NCBI GenBank assembly: GCA_002189035.1
Contig: NEEC01000008.1
Span: 1,116,001-1,180,000, forward strand
DNA length: 64,000 nt
Direction: 5' to 3'
Origin: Utricularia gibba
Taxonomy: Eukaryota; Plantae; Magnoliophyta
Positions within the stretch are counted from its first letter, which is position 1. Every line of letters starts with the position of its first letter. The notes under the pieces were generated by a model, which saw only the letters and a program-made list of their open reading frames with translations, ran no database searches and was not told the origin of the DNA. The position numbers were made by a program, and so were the translations under genes. Shown here piece after piece: positions 1 through 15,600 of this stretch.

Positions 1-576
1 GGTTAACAACAGACAGGGGCAGAAATGCCAAGAAGAAGATAACCAGGGAAGGGACCCTCCCCTTCCTCCCTATCTCCTTTTTTGCCCAGACCACTAGCTT
101 GCTTGGTGTTGTACATATTTAACTCTCCTGTTATTCACATCATTGCATCTGCTCTGGTACAACTGAAGGTCACTGCCCCTTGTGTTTCGCTAGGACTCTG
201 AAACTTGATAAAACCCACTACATCATGATCAACACCAATTGGGTTCTGATGCTAAACCAGCTTCTGATTGCTGAGTAAGGGGGCAGTGAGCGAGTACTCA
301 ACTTTGGGCCTGCGTATTAATGCATGGTTAATGCTCAATAATGCTAACTGATTTCCATCGATTATATTAATTACGACTATTTATTGTGACATTGATTATG
401 GGTATTTCTTATTGTTCTAATTATCTGCATCATGATGCTACAAGATGCAAACAACCAGCCCCAGCTTCCCTCCTATTTGCATTTGAGATTCTTCCTCATC
501 ATTTCAAAATTAAATAATCATCCTGAAAAGGCATAATACTTGTTTTCCTGATGAAGTGAGCCTGGTCTTACAGGTT

Positions 577-1571
577 TTATGCTACTGCTCCTGTGACTGG
601 AGAAGGAGCTGGTGGTGTGTACCACCCAAACTGGATCTCAACGGCCTTCTTTCTTCTTGCCAGCCGGGACTTTCTCCTGGCTCCGGTGTTCCGGTGGAGC
701 GTTCCCACTTTAACAGCCTTGTCGATGACAGAATATGCCTCGGCGATGAGCTTTTCGACGGGGAGAACTTCGTCTGGTTGGGCGTCAGGTTTCTTGCCAA
801 GATCTTCCAGAGCCTCCAGGACCTGAATCATCAAGAGTGCAGAATGCAGTTCGTCTCATCACTAAAGGTTACATTTTGGTGCGTGTTTACAGACCAAAAC
901 TGGAAAACAAGGTGGGTTCAGAAACTAGTAACGAAATCAACATCTCAATGCAACACAGTATTTCTTCCTGTTTAGAGATGATCCTGATATCCTAGACATG
1001 GGGACACCCCTTAGGCTTTAACTCATTCTTCATCAGAAATGATTTGACATAGAATGTGATTAAGTAATATAGCATATTGTTGTACTGGGAAAATTGGCCG
1101 AACGAAAACCTACACAAAAAGCTAACCTTCTTCATTCGGGTTCTGATTTCAGATTTCTTAGCCTTGTTATAGAGTCGTCTCTTCTCCGCCTGGCGAGCTC
1201 GCTTCGCAGCAGAATCTGGCTTCTTACCACCAACCTCCGCGGCGCATATTACTGATAGTCGATTTGAACCACCAACTCCCACTGGAAACACCGGCCTGAA
1301 TCCTACAAATCCCATAAACAAAAACACAAAACTAAAATGGGGGCACCCAATAAGCGCGTCAGCGAACCCCGCGATACAAAATCGAAGCAAGAAGATATAA
1401 AGACGATGAGGGCGCAGTTTTTCCACCTGCAGAAAGGAGATCAGAGGACGATGAAAGGCTGAGATTCTTGAATGCCGGAATGGGAGGAGCCGCGCGAGAG
1501 AGAGTCCTGAGGTTTGCAGGCGAAGGCGGCGCCCAACAGGAAAAGCAAGCCGAAAACGCTCCCGCTGCCAT
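577..1571 (-). CDS. PRPS20: Plastid 30S ribosomal protein S20 (nuclear-encoded, with transit peptide), 3 exons
   Basis: Exons 1427-1571 (MAAGAFSACF..., transit peptide), 1127-1302 (DSAAKRARQAEKRRLYNKAKKSEIRTRMKK) and 577-822 (VLEALE...AEAYSVIDKAVKVGTLHRNTGARRKSRLARR). These are bS20 signature motifs and the junctions are GT-AG. Confidence 0.96.
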
Positions 1572-2002
1572 GTGCTTAGCTTCGCTTCCGACGCAGCAGT
1601 GAACGAGCTTCTTTGAAGAAGAAACAACCTTATCCTTAAAGTCGCCGTTGCCTACTAAACACGTTTTAAGAATAAGGCGAATTGTCAGTTTTGCACATTT
1701 CAACTCTTCTATCATCATCATGACACATGGGTAAAACTGTAATTCTGTTGGTCATGATATTGGGTCGGGTCGGACCAGCGGTTAAGGTAACCGGTAACCC
1801 TTCCAGAAAGAAAGAAAGAAACAGCAGGAGGCCTCCAGCAACAAATGAGGAGGCTTCATGCAGTGCATAAAGAAACAAAGCAGAAGGGAAACAGCTACGT
1901 TTCACAAGCATTTGAGTTAAGCATCAAGTACACAAAAGAAACTGCCGACTTCTCTGCAATTCATGTACCAGAAATGAGTGAGCGTTTTGGTTGGAGTCAA
2001 TC

Positions 2003-5000
2003 TCAGAATCTCTCTGCTGTCATCACCTGCGGCTGAGCATCAGTTGGCTTCCTTGTGCCATAGGGACCTCTTCTTATTGCTTCCTGTATCTGCGGATTTA
2101 AAAGCTTGAAGCGTTATCACCAACTGCCTACCAAGTAAACTGCTGGGAGTGCTAGATACCTTTGAAGAAGCGAAAGCAAAGGCAGGATCATTGTTGAGAG
2201 TGATGGCTGATGATAAGGCTCGGGAGATTGCTTCGCAGCACCGATGTCTGGCTTCCATTCCTGCCGGATGGTTTGAGTTTAGAAAACAAATGTTTGGTCA
2301 GGTAGGGAGGACTGGAAGAACAGAGACTAAATATTTGGAGACCTATTTTTTTGGTCTCTCTGTATGTGTCGGTCACTAGATCAACTATCTGGGGTTTTGA
2401 CAGAATTTCCATCAAGCACCATGATCGAGCTACAGTCCCAGTAATCAGTCTGTATCCCTGTATTTTTCAAATAGAAACACAGCAAAATATATCAGAGACT
2501 GATCATATACTGCAGCATGTGAACATACAAAAAATGCTCCCTAAAAGGGAAGTTTAAACAATGATGAATCAGCCTTTCGGGGTAGAAGTTTCGTTAAAGA
2601 ACTCTTAGAAGAAATAGAACAAGAATTCAAAAAAGAATCCTGTGGCATATTCTCACCGCAATACGGATTTCAGAGTCCTGTTGCAGAACCGAAAGGAGGA
2701 GACCCTGCAATCATTTTCAATAGATAATTACTAACAAGCTCAACTAATCAGGAACTCTAGGCAAGCTAAAAAGTGAGTCCATCTTCATGGAAGGTAAGCA
2801 TAAAGAAATGCAATGACGTTGTAGAAAGCCTAGAGTCATGACTTACAGATGGAGTCAGCTTGGATGTATTGGAGGCTTTGTCGTAAATTAATCTTCTAAA
2901 GTTTTCTTCTACCTCACTATTTAGGACAACAGTATTTTCCGACCGTTTCTCACCTGCTATGTTTGCAAGAGAGTGCAGGGCTGCCTATATGTCCATTAAG
3001 AATTGCGTTATAAAATTAGAAAGAATCAACATCTAATTCCGGAAATCTTTGTTTGACAAAAAAAAAAAAAAAAAAAAGCCCATGATGCTATGATCTTGCA
3101 GTAAGTGAAATATACTTATGTCCAGCAAATGAGAAATGAGCTTTTTAGAGACACTTCTTTTAAGCAGCGTTGACTACAAATAAGATTATACGTTATTACT
3201 TACCAGCTGTTTTCCGTGATGTTGTTGATCAAAAGCAGCATTAACAACATGTCTTGCAACGGAGGGTAAGTATGATAAAAGCAAAGTTGCTCCCTGGAAC
3301 GCTGTCGCATTGAATAAGAAGATACGAATAGTCATCTTTATCTGCAGGCTCAACGCTTATAGTTGGGAAATCCATGCATGGGGTTCAAAGAATACAAGTA
3401 AAGGCATCACATTGTGTCTTGAAACTTTGATAAAATTCTATGAAACAAACGAAGCTCTGAATAGATGATGAAAATCATATTTGCTGATCAAAATAAAAGA
3501 TGATGAAAATCTAAGATCAGTAAATCTAGGAGCAACTCACATGATCCAACTTGACCCAGTGCTTCAAGTGCACATTCACATTCATCAGATTCTTGACTTT
3601 CTATGAGATCAAACCTTCCATCGATAGCTATGAGAACTTTTCTAAAAGCTGTAATAAAATGAAATCCCTTAGAAGTTCCAAAGACACATCTAAAAAGTTT
3701 TTTCCATGATTGCATAAAAAGTTAATATGGACAGCAAAGATCAAGGTGAAAGTATTCTTGAGAGAGCTCCAAGTACCCCTCCGTTCAAGCAAACAACCTC
3801 TCACAACTAGGAATCGCAGATAATGGGTCAAACCAATGTAACTATCATGATAAAATTTCTAGTGAAACAAAAGCCTTATATGCATCATCCTTAGATTATC
3901 AGTTAGATCAATTTAAAACTCATACTAAATAACTTCTGAAAGCCATGCCCAAACCAAAAAGAGCATACTGACCCCGAAGAAACATAAAAGTAAGGTGAAG
4001 CAAATGCGCCACAAGCTATCTCCGAAAATTCCCACATGAAACAAATTTTTTTGAATTATGAAAAGCAGGCAATCAAGCCTGTTTGCATGCTTGAATGAAT
4101 ATGGGAAGCAAGTAGACAGAAATTTTTAAGGACAGCTTGCCAGATTCAGTGATGAATGCAAAAGCATTTTCATTAGATAAAAGCCTTCCAGTAATCATCA
4201 TTGATCTGGATCTTAAAATTGAATCTGCAGATGCATTGCTGGAGAAAGAGGCACATATTACAAAGCAAATAAACAAGATGGAGAGATTACACATGGGAAT
4301 CAATGACAGGCTAGACTAACCTGATTATAGAACTAAGTAGCTCGAGAAGGCTGGTTTTTGACAAAAGCATATCACTGTGCTGAACTTCAACCAACTAAAT
4401 TGTAAGAAAACAAAAAACAAAATTAAAAGATTAACTCTGTAAACAACTACTATTTGAAAACATAGCTCAATGATTACAGGAAGTTAAAAAAAAAAGAAAG
4501 AAGACGAATTCTATTTTCTGGAACCGGCATGAACACAAAACTTAGCCATCAAACACTAAATACATCTATTGGTTTATTCGAAACTAAAGCATTTAAAGTA
4601 CTTACCGAAGCCATTGATCTGAACAGAAAACAAAATTAAGGGAATACACAGCACTCAGCATGCAAACTCAACCTCACAACATGAACAGAAACTTAAGACA
4701 GATGAAGGCAATATATGTTGAAAATCTCACCTCGTAAAGAATTTCTAGCACGCTCAGAGTGACTAAAGTATCATTTGTACTCTCGAATTCAGCCTCAAAA
4801 AGACTTAGAAGATTTGATTTAGATATTTCAGCTGCCACTGAGCTAGATATTGAGAAGAGCCTCTGTATCAATGCCAGGATTCTAACCCTTCCCTTCACAA
4901 ATTAAAATTAAATCAGTGTCGGTGGAAATCAAGTAGAGCAAAATTGAAGCCATGAAAAAAGTAAATGCATAGATGGTTAAGCATAAACACCAACACCATA

Positions 5001-6500
5001 TGTACGAAGTGGAAAAAGAGAAACTGGGTGACGCAAATTTTAAAGAGCACCAACAACACAAGCATATATGGAGCTAATCCAGACAACATAAAACAACATA
5101 TTCACTAAAGAATTAACTGGGCTAATATGAATATAATTACCAAAAAATTTATCAGGGTAAACATGCATGTACAATCCACACGTAGAGTTCATATTTAGAA
5201 GTAAACCAGAACAATTATGTACCACTGATGAACTTTTTTTGGCTAAATATCCAAGATGTGTAGCTTCATTGGCATCTTCCGGAAATATAACCTCCTGAAG
5301 CAAATTCACAGCTTTGATGTCAGATAAAAACGTGTTGGAGAATGTGAAGATACAACAAAAAGGCACGTACCAAACCATTGGGATGGCCAGCTAAAGCTAC
5401 AATTGCATCCATAGATGCAGCAAACACTTGCTCATCACTTCAAGAACAAGGAAACATATAAGAGAGAATTCAACTCCGATAAATTACAATAAACATGAGA
5501 GACGAGCTAAACCAATCCCTCATCCAGAAAATGCAATGCTTTTAGTGAATAAAATGGGGGAGGCAATAGAAAATCTCGAACTGAAAAATAAAAGAATAGA
5601 TTTTTATCGTTTTATAGGGCGCTCCCAAATTCAAAGTTGAAAGCCAAGAGAGAACACTATAGGGCTTACCCATCAACTAAGCAATTGAGAAGAGGAGGAT
5701 ACACATCACATTGATGAATAATTCCGATAGAAATATTACTACTGGAATCCTTCAACAGACAGTATATCTGAAATAACAGAACATACATACGAGAAATGAA
5801 AAACACCAAGAGCATATGAGGTAAAACAGATTTCGTTTCTCGGTCATTTATATGTATCATAAACTTACAGCTATGCATGCCAGACGTCTCACTTTCTGGG
5901 AATCTGCTCCCAGTCCAACTAAAACAAAAGGCTAACAAGAGCGAGAAGGGGAATCATCCCGAGTGTTACGATTGAAAAATCCACAATTACGGATGTAAAT
6001 ATAATCGAACTCATGTTACCATGTAATGTGGGATCAGTGATGCGCCAAACTTGGTTCTAAAAATCCTTTCCAAACAAAGCACCACAGCATTTTCCAGACC
6101 AGGATAATCCAATTTGGTTTGCAAAGCACTGTTGATAAAAAACCAAAGAAATATCAAAATAAAGAATACAAAGACAAATCCATCTGTAAACCAACGAAAT
6201 GAAGAAAGCAAGCATCAAAGACTGCGCATTAGAATCGCCACATGTTTCGAACAAGAAAAATACTTGGATTGTTACTTAATAATTGCAGGTAATGGGAAGC
6301 GGCTGAGAAATTCCTGCGCTGAAGCATCGGAAAAAACTCCTGAATATAAGTGTCAAGCTGTCAACACGTAATCACGGGCACATATAACAATAAAAAATGA
6401 AAAAAGTGTAATGAACCAAACCAGAATGATGAGCAACATCCGAAGCAGCTTCAAGAAACTGACTTGGGTCGATATCGAATTCTCCCTCCATGGCTTGCAT
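2003..6500 (-). CDS. PSMD5: ARM-repeat 26S proteasome non-ATPase regulatory subunit 5 (PSMD5/S5b/Hsm3)-like assembly chaperone, multi-exon
   Basis: Start MQAMEGEFDIDPSQFLEAASD at 6500. Exon motifs ALQTKLDYPGLENAVVLCLERIFRTKFGASLIPHYM, KGRVRILALIQRLFS, MEARHRCCEAI. Last exon IQEAIRRGPYGTRKPTDAQPQVMTAERF* (TGA 2003-2005). Matches my recollection of Arabidopsis At3g15180. Internal exons not all enumerated. Confidence 0.88.
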
Positions 6501-6651
6501 CCGAAGAAAGAAGCTTTTGTGTTTTGGTGTTGTTAAAACCCGGCAACGGTGAGGGCGATTGTGACAAAAAAATTACAGCTAGATCCTTCAAGGGTTGTTA
6601 ATTATATACACACCCCAAAACCCAAACTTCCTTCATTTAGCATTTTAAAAG

Positions 6652-6665
6652 TGGGCCACGGCCCA
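6652..6665. promoter_or_regulatory. Site II (TCP-binding TGGGCY) pair upstream of the PSMD5-like gene
   Basis: TGGGCC at 6652-6657 and GGCCCA at 6660-6665, about 150 bp upstream of the ATG at 6500. Confidence 0.6.
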
Positions 6666-7630
6666 TCAGAAAATTACATTTTACTGTTGTACGGATGCTT
6701 TACGATAAAAAGTTAGTGCACATCGTGTGTTATTAATTTTCTGAACTAATTATGTTCAATTTTTGAAGATTCTAATTTTTATCCATTTTTAATAAAATAA
6801 TAAATTCAAATTTTTTGATTAACTTCACAAATTATTGAATTTCTTGAATCTATATTTCATAGATTAAATAAGAGATTAATTAAAAAAATTATATTGATTA
6901 CTTTTTAACTATTCTAAAAATATAATTATATAATAAAATTAAATTATAAAATAATTTAATATATTAAAATTTACAATATATAGATATATTTTATTTTATT
7001 AAATTTTATATTACCTTACACAACATTTTTATAATATTAAAACTGATTATATTCAAGTAATCTTAAAATTAATTATATTTTAAATTTTATGAAGTATAAG
7101 GTCAAATTGCAGAACAGATCCTTATGAATGAAAATGTCAACTTATAAATTAATGTGAATTCACCCCTTTAAAATTTAAAATAAAATGAAATTCATAAATT
7201 TAAATTTAAAATATGTTTCATACATAAATTTTAGTTCTATAAATTTAATTGTATAAAAATATCTTTTAAATTGATCAACAATAATTCTAACCCTTTAAAA
7301 CCATGAAACGTTTATTTAAATGATTGGATTAAATTCAAATTATTTTAAAATAAAAAACTAACGATTTAACTAAGTATAACTAGATTACGGTTCAAATGCA
7401 ATTTGATTTTGTTATACAAAAGTGTTAATTTTCTTTAAAAATATAGTAATTTGTTTTCGATATTTTTAATGAAAAAAAATTCACCTACTTGAATCAAATT
7501 ATTTTCCTACCTCTACATTTAATCACTGATATTCCAAAATGGAATACAAGCATCATCATTTCCATAATAAGCAAAAAATATTAATTCCGCGAATTCGAGG
7601 GACGATTTTCTTTGACCCCATTCCGTCGTC

Positions 7631-7637
7631 TATAAAA
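7631..7637 (+). promoter_or_regulatory. TATA box of the cysteine-rich peptide gene
   Basis: TATAAAA 53 bp upstream of the ATG at 7684, at the start of a GC-rich island. Confidence 0.7.
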
Positions 7638-7683
7638 GCCGCCGACCGGGGGGAATACAAGGAGAAGGAACCCAAGCGCGGCA

Positions 7684-7947
7684 ATGAGGGTGGCGGCGGT
7701 GGTGGTCGGAATCCTGTTGAGCCTGTGCCTCGGCGGCGCGATGGCGGGGTGGGTGATCGACATTGATCCGAGGCTGTGTAACACCGACAACTGCACAGCC
7801 TTGTGCCAGTTGCTGGACTGCGGGTCTTACAAGTGTCCGGCGGGCTACTGCGTGTTCCCGCCCAACCACGGCAAGAAAGCGTGTCTTTGCAGTCCCAGGC
7901 CCGTCGGCACTCTGCCGGTCGGACCGGGCTCGAGCGTACGAGGATAG
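7684..7947 (+). CDS. Secreted cysteine-rich, defensin-like (DEFL) peptide, 87 aa, intronless
   Basis: Hydrophobic signal peptide MRVAAVVVGILLSLCLGGAMAG, then C-X4-C-X3-C-X4-C-X4-C-X4-C-X10-C-X-C. This includes the CXXXC, GXC and CXC hallmarks of the CS-alpha-beta fold. It has a TATA box and is GC-rich within AT-rich flanks. Confidence 0.82.
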   Translation: MRVAAVVVGILLSLCLGGAMAGWVIDIDPRLCNTDNCTALCQLLDCGSYKCPAGYCVFPPNHGKKACLCSPRPVGTLPVGPGSSVRG

Positions 7948-8850
7948 CCGGAATGTTGGATCCGGTTTTTGAAATTTAGTATTACGATTATGGCCTTGTT
8001 TTACCCTCCCAAAATTAATAAAATTCTCATTTGACGGTTAATAATCTTTTTTAAAAAAATAATTAATAAATTAATAATTATATTTATTTGATATATTATT
8101 ATAAATGTGAATTTATAAAATATATGCATAAAATAATAAAAATTACAAGAATAACAATTCAAATTTTAATCAATATACAAAATTTAATTTTTAAGTTCTA
8201 AAATTGTAAAAAAAGATTTTAAATTATTAAAACCATTCAGCGAAAATCCAAATGATTTTTTCAAATTTTTAAATGGTGAATCGATTGATTTCATATCCAA
8301 CAAAATTTTATAATAATGCTTTTCGTATATAGAGTTTGATGAATTAAAATCACTCGTTATAATTATACAATGTTCATATATCGTGATTTTCGAAGTTTAA
8401 TGAGGTTAATACTATCAGAAGAGGAAGAATGGAAATTCTGTTTATAACGATGTATCATTATAATGATATTAAAAATTAAAATCGAATAATTTTGGTAATA
8501 TGAGAGGTTAAATATATAATTTAATGAATTCGAAATTAAACTGTTTACAAAAAAAAGTAGATTAAAGAATCTATGACGTAATTTTGAAATTGGAAATTTA
8601 AAATTTTTACAATCAACTTCGAATGCCACACTTAAATTACACCCATATGGAATATAATTTAAATTTAATTTATTTATCTAAATGTATTGTTAATTAAAAA
8701 ATATAATGATGAATAGACAGACACAAAGGGAACTGAAATGTTTGGGGTGGGGGTTGCGTGGCAGCCGCTCTGGTGCAGTTGCGAGGGTTGTTTTGATTCT
8801 GAATCTCACTTTTTGACTCCCGTTTTTGGCGATCAAGCAAGGCGAAGACA

Positions 8851-9833
8851 ATGGCGGCGAGAGGGGACAACAGGGTTTTGAGGAAGCCCGTTTTCGTAAA
8901 GTAGGCCTGGAACGGAAGGCTACAATCTGGTGGTCAAGGTCATTAAATCCGACGTCGTTTTACAGAAGGGGGCTGCCGCTTCCGCCCACCTACGGAATAG
9001 CCGCATTCCTGAGTGCCTTGTCGTGACGAGACCGCCACCATTTTATTCACTGCCTGTAACGATCAAGGTACGTTCTTTCGAGAAAGCCCGATCATCTGGC
9101 TTGACGTTTTTGTCTCACTGTTGTGTTTCTGGATCTTGGCGTTCATGATGAGGATCAATTTTCCCGTTTTCTCTTTTTCGTTGAAGATATTGGTCTTGCG
9201 CCTTTTATGTTGCCAGATTATTTAGTTTTGAAGGCCTTGGTCGTTGTGTTCGAATGAGATGTAGAGGAAAGTGTAAAAACTCTAGTCTTGATGTTGTTTA
9301 TCCAAAAAACCTGAAAATCAGAGCGCCTGCAATGGAAGACGGGGTAAGCAGAACGAGCTTATTTTTACCTTTCATGGAGATGATCAGCTATTTATTAAAC
9401 ATGTTGGCCCTACCGTAACTCTGTATATATTCCATTGGTACTGCTTGCTAGAGCCTTAGTTGAAAATTTGAGGAACAAATTTTGAAGAAATTGTATCTAA
9501 TCTGCAGTGACGTTCAGAGAGCTGTTATGTATAAGATGACTTGCATCTGTGTGAGATCACCCCTTTGAATTATCCATGTTATACAAGGACTTAATGGATG
9601 CCTAGTTGTATTATGACTTGCGCTTCCCCTCGTGTCCCTCAGTCGACCTGATGATGCCTGGAACAACAATCGTCCTTAGAAATGCAAAGGTTGACATGTT
9701 CAAGGGATGCATGAGGCTGGCTGTTGACAAATGGGGTCGCATCGAGGCAACTCAAACAGCTGCATTCATCGTGAAAGAAGACATCAATCTGTCATCGATT
9801 GAATATGAGCTGGTAGAGTTTGCAAACCACTGA
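8851..9833 (+). pseudogene. Nucleic-acid-binding OB-fold protein (At4g28440-like family) with two frameshifts in exon 1
   Basis: ATG 8851 reads MAARGDNRVLRKPVFVK then TAG at 8902-8904. The family frame resumes as RPGTEGYNLVVKV...ECLV, then shifts again at about 9023 to DETATILFTACNDQ. Intron 9068-9642. Exon 2 is intact: VDLMMPGTTIVLRNAKVDMFKGCMRLAVDKWGRIE...*. Confidence 0.8.
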
Positions 9834-11293
9834 ACTAATAAAGCTTTCCTGAACATGGAACGCTCGTATGGCTCAAGCAGAGTTACCAAACATTGCCTTC
9901 TTCTGCTGCCTTTTTTGTGTATGCAGCAGCGTGCTTACTCCCATTTGACAGACAGAGTGCATTTCAGGTGGATACATATAGTCTGTGTAGCTGTTGATTT
10001 TGGTATTGAAGCTTAGCTTGCTCGTGATTAGGCGCTTGTGTATGTACCCATCTCTTTACTCTAGTTCATAAGGGGAACCCACAATTCCAAGAAGTTTCAG
10101 GACAGGATGGTTAAATTCCATGTGAGACAACCAAAAAAGGCTGCAAACCTCGCATTTGTTGAGCTAATGACTTGGCAACATATGTGGTTTTAGTTAAATA
10201 ATTGAGTTAGCATAAGATTAGGTGTGGATAGGACGATGCAGTGGACCAGATAAGCTTTGAATTGAGGTAAAATATGCAAAATTCGTGGGTGGACCGGATC
10301 ATCGCTTTGAGGGTACTGTTCGCCAGTCCAAAAGGGGAGGTGAATAAAAGCCTTTTGAGCGTTATTTGGTTCATATTTTTTACCTACAAACAAGGGATTG
10401 TGCGTCAAGGAAGAACAGAACCCTTTCTTCTACCTCATATCTTCTCTTGGATCCAGCCTTTGGACTGATCATCTGGGTAATGCTTTTAGAAAACAAATGA
10501 ACATCTGTCACGAATGATTCATGTCGTGTTTGTTTCATCGATTGCAGCATCTGGGTTCGTAAAAAGTCATTGTCTTGGCGGGCTTTGTCTCTTGATTGTT
10601 GATTCTTTTCATCGTGGATCAGTTTCTCGGGCTTTTATGGATTAGGGTTTTTGTTGATCTTTTTTAGATGTTTTCGCAGGAATTGGGTGTTTAATTTATT
10701 CGATTGTTTCCTGTTGGTAATTCTCAAAGGCTGGAACTAGCGGAGCTTGAAGTGTTTTTCATGATTAAAAGGTTAGCGCGTTGTTTTTCTCGTTCCCGTT
10801 TGCAGTTTTATTGGCTTCATGATCTTGCTTCTTCTGATGGTTATATTTTCCGGACGCTGCTTTTCTTAGATCAGAGAAAAGTTTGTTTCCGTCGTACTAT
10901 TTTCTTACAAGTTCAGAGATTTGGGCATTCTGACCAAGCTGTCGCCAAGTTTTTTCCCAAAATTATGGTCCTATTCTGCACGTTGTTTTTCCCTGAAATT
11001 TTGAATGTTTCAGCATGCTAATCGTGTCATGCTGAAACTGTTTAGTCCGATGAATGTTGAAAATAAGGTTCTGGATCAGAACCTGCTTGAGGTTGCTAGT
11101 TGACCTTTAGAGACATTCATGTGCTGAATTTCTTATTTGTTCCCTTGCAAATATTTTTGCTTGAAAAAATGTTGAGTGAACGAGTTTCTGTTCATTTCGG
11201 TTTCTGTGCTATACCTAGTTCCCTTGCAAATGTTTTTCACATACCTGACATTCATCTGTTTCATGGTTGTTTAAACTAGGGTTCTCACTCAAC

Positions 11294-13301
11294 ATGGGCC
11301 ACTGGAATACTCATTTGAGAGCACATATGAATGACATGCATGGAGCTCAGCAAAATCAACCATGCATCTTCTATGAGAATTTTACTAGCCTGTCTCAGCG
11401 CCATCCACAAACTGGCATTCCAGGACTCCGGAATGGGTTTGCACCCGAACTGCATGAAGGCGCAGTGAACTTTGGAGTGCCGCAGATAAACAGTATCCAA
11501 CCTGGGCATCCAGTCCCCAACCTTGATTTGAATTTTCCTCCACCTTCTGGCCATTATTCTCAATATCTGGAACCACCATCTTGTGCTGGAGATTTCCCGA
11601 TTCAGGTTCCACACAGGGCCCTTGATACTCATGGAATTGGCTGTTTTCCAGCGAGCAGCTACAGCAGGAATATTCCTTACATGGATGATATCAGGGGAGC
11701 TTATAAGAGCAAGGTTGCCGAAGGCATTCATGGGCATTATCAATATCATAATGCTTCTGCGGGTCCAAGCTTCTCCATTCCCCCTACAAATGGTATGTGT
11801 CTAAAGCCAATTTTCCTTGCTGAAAGTGGGTTGCAGTATTTCATGACAAATATGATGGAAATATAAACGTTTCAGTTGCTGAAACCAGCTCCTTTGGAGG
11901 TATAAGAAACCAGCCATGTGTTATTGGTGCTGAACCATTTCTGGTTCACAATGCAAATCAACTGGTGATGGGGAGTTATGCTTCTCCATCCATTCAGATG
12001 CCTGGAAATCATTGGTCAGACATTAACTATCATGTGAATAATGAAGTTGCATGGAGACCTGCTCCTGAACATTATCCTCATGGTAATTTATTTGGTTTGT
12101 GTGCTCTTTCCGGGCTACGATTGATTCTATTCAAAATTTGACCTTGTTATTTTTGTCACTTCACATATTTGCGGGTGAATTTTTAGCTCATATCAATCCA
12201 GGTCATGTCTCTTTTCGAGGATTTCAAGTGCCTGCCAACAATGGAAGCTCACATCCCTTTGCTCATCTTCCTCCTCACATGGGTCATCCCAGTGCTCATC
12301 AACCTGCTCTGAGCATGCTTGTACCTAGAGGTTACAATGTTTACCCTACTGTTGTTATCTTGGTTGAGTGTGGGGTTAAGCATGAAGTCAACTGCATCAT
12401 CCACTATAAACCAATGCGCAGCAACTTGTTATTTGGAACAAGTTTTTTTCTTTAATTTTGTGCAGATCTGATTACTATAATCATGGAATGCATACTTGTC
12501 AATGGGAAATCTGTTACCCTGGATGAGTCAGTCTTTATTGGCTGTAGCATTAACTGTTTGAAGGTGCTGCAGATGCAGCGGCAACAGATTTAGCTTCTCC
12601 GGGATTTCATTATGGCCGGCGGCCTCGAGGAGCTGAGGTTGAATCAAGTGCAAGGCTCCAAGCTTATGCTCAGATGAGACTTCTACCAGAAGATGTAATG
12701 TTCTCTAGTCTTGATTTACAGTCTTATTGGGTAGAGTGAAAACTTCCTCCCTTTTCTAGGAAACTGCCATACTGGAGATTCCTGGATACCATGAACCTCA
12801 AGATCCTGCCGACCAGCACCGTGACATGCGTTTGGACATAGATCACATGTCCTACGAGGTAACTTCCACTCGCTGCTCCTCTTTGCGTGCATTGCCTCCT
12901 GATCAACCAATGCATTATGATACCAGGAGCTTCTTGCATTGGAAGACCAGATAGGTGTCGTCGGGACAGGATTACCCAGGGACTTCATCAGGTGTAATCT
13001 GAAAACAAGAGCGTGCACCCCTTTGACAGCACCCCGGGATCAACAGGTTGATTTCTGCGTCATATGCCAGGTAAACAGCATTTTCAAATCCACAATCCCA
13101 ACATATGCAAAAAATCTCTCCCTCCTGAGCTTGGTGATCCATGAAACTGCACAGTCAAGCTACGAAGAGGAGGCTGGAGAGATTGCAACGCTCAAGTGTG
13201 AGCATGAATACCACAGGGAATGCTTGGAGAAATGGCTGGTGATCAAGAACACATGCCCCATCTGCAAAGCCACTGCCTTGACCTCCAACAGGAATCTCTA
13301 A
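11294..13301 (+). CDS. RING-H2 E3 ubiquitin ligase (MBR/HIP1/ZFP1-type), multi-exon
   Basis: Start MGHWNTHLRAH at 11294. Family motif RHRDMRLDIDHMSYE|ELLALEDQIG. RING-H2: CVICQ...LKCEHEYHRECLEKWLVIKNTCPICK, stop at 13301. Confidence 0.9.
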
Positions 13302-13815
13302 TCCACAGAGGGAGTCCTATTTGAAACTGAAACAACTGGCTGTGTGGTATTTCATTACTATGTTTGGGATTTAAATACCAGTAAATTCAGGCAGCAGGGG
13401 AAGAACAGACCACCCAACTTTTTCCTTGGTCTATGTATATATTTATGTGCAGGACGCTGTACAGATATGCCTATTTGTTGGTTGTGCTATCATGTGCATG
13501 CCTCCACTTCGCTGCAAGTATAAGGTTTTTTTAAATAGTTTTATTATCATAAGACAATTTTCGCTTCCAAAAATTCAAAAATTTAAAATCTCAGGAAAGA
13601 ATGTGTCAAGCAAAGTCTAAGAATTAAGGATTAAATTTGATGTTCAAACCGAACTTGATGAATCAATGAGCTAGCTTTGGTCTCTCCTGCATAAAGGGAG
13701 TATTATTACAATGTAGTGGTTATGTCTCGTGGTTGGTGCTCCGATGAAGGAAACACACACGGGGAAAACAGAAATGATGTCCAAAATTGTTGGGAATACG
13801 TAGGCCGATGGAGCA

Positions 13816-15600
<1,785 letters not shown>

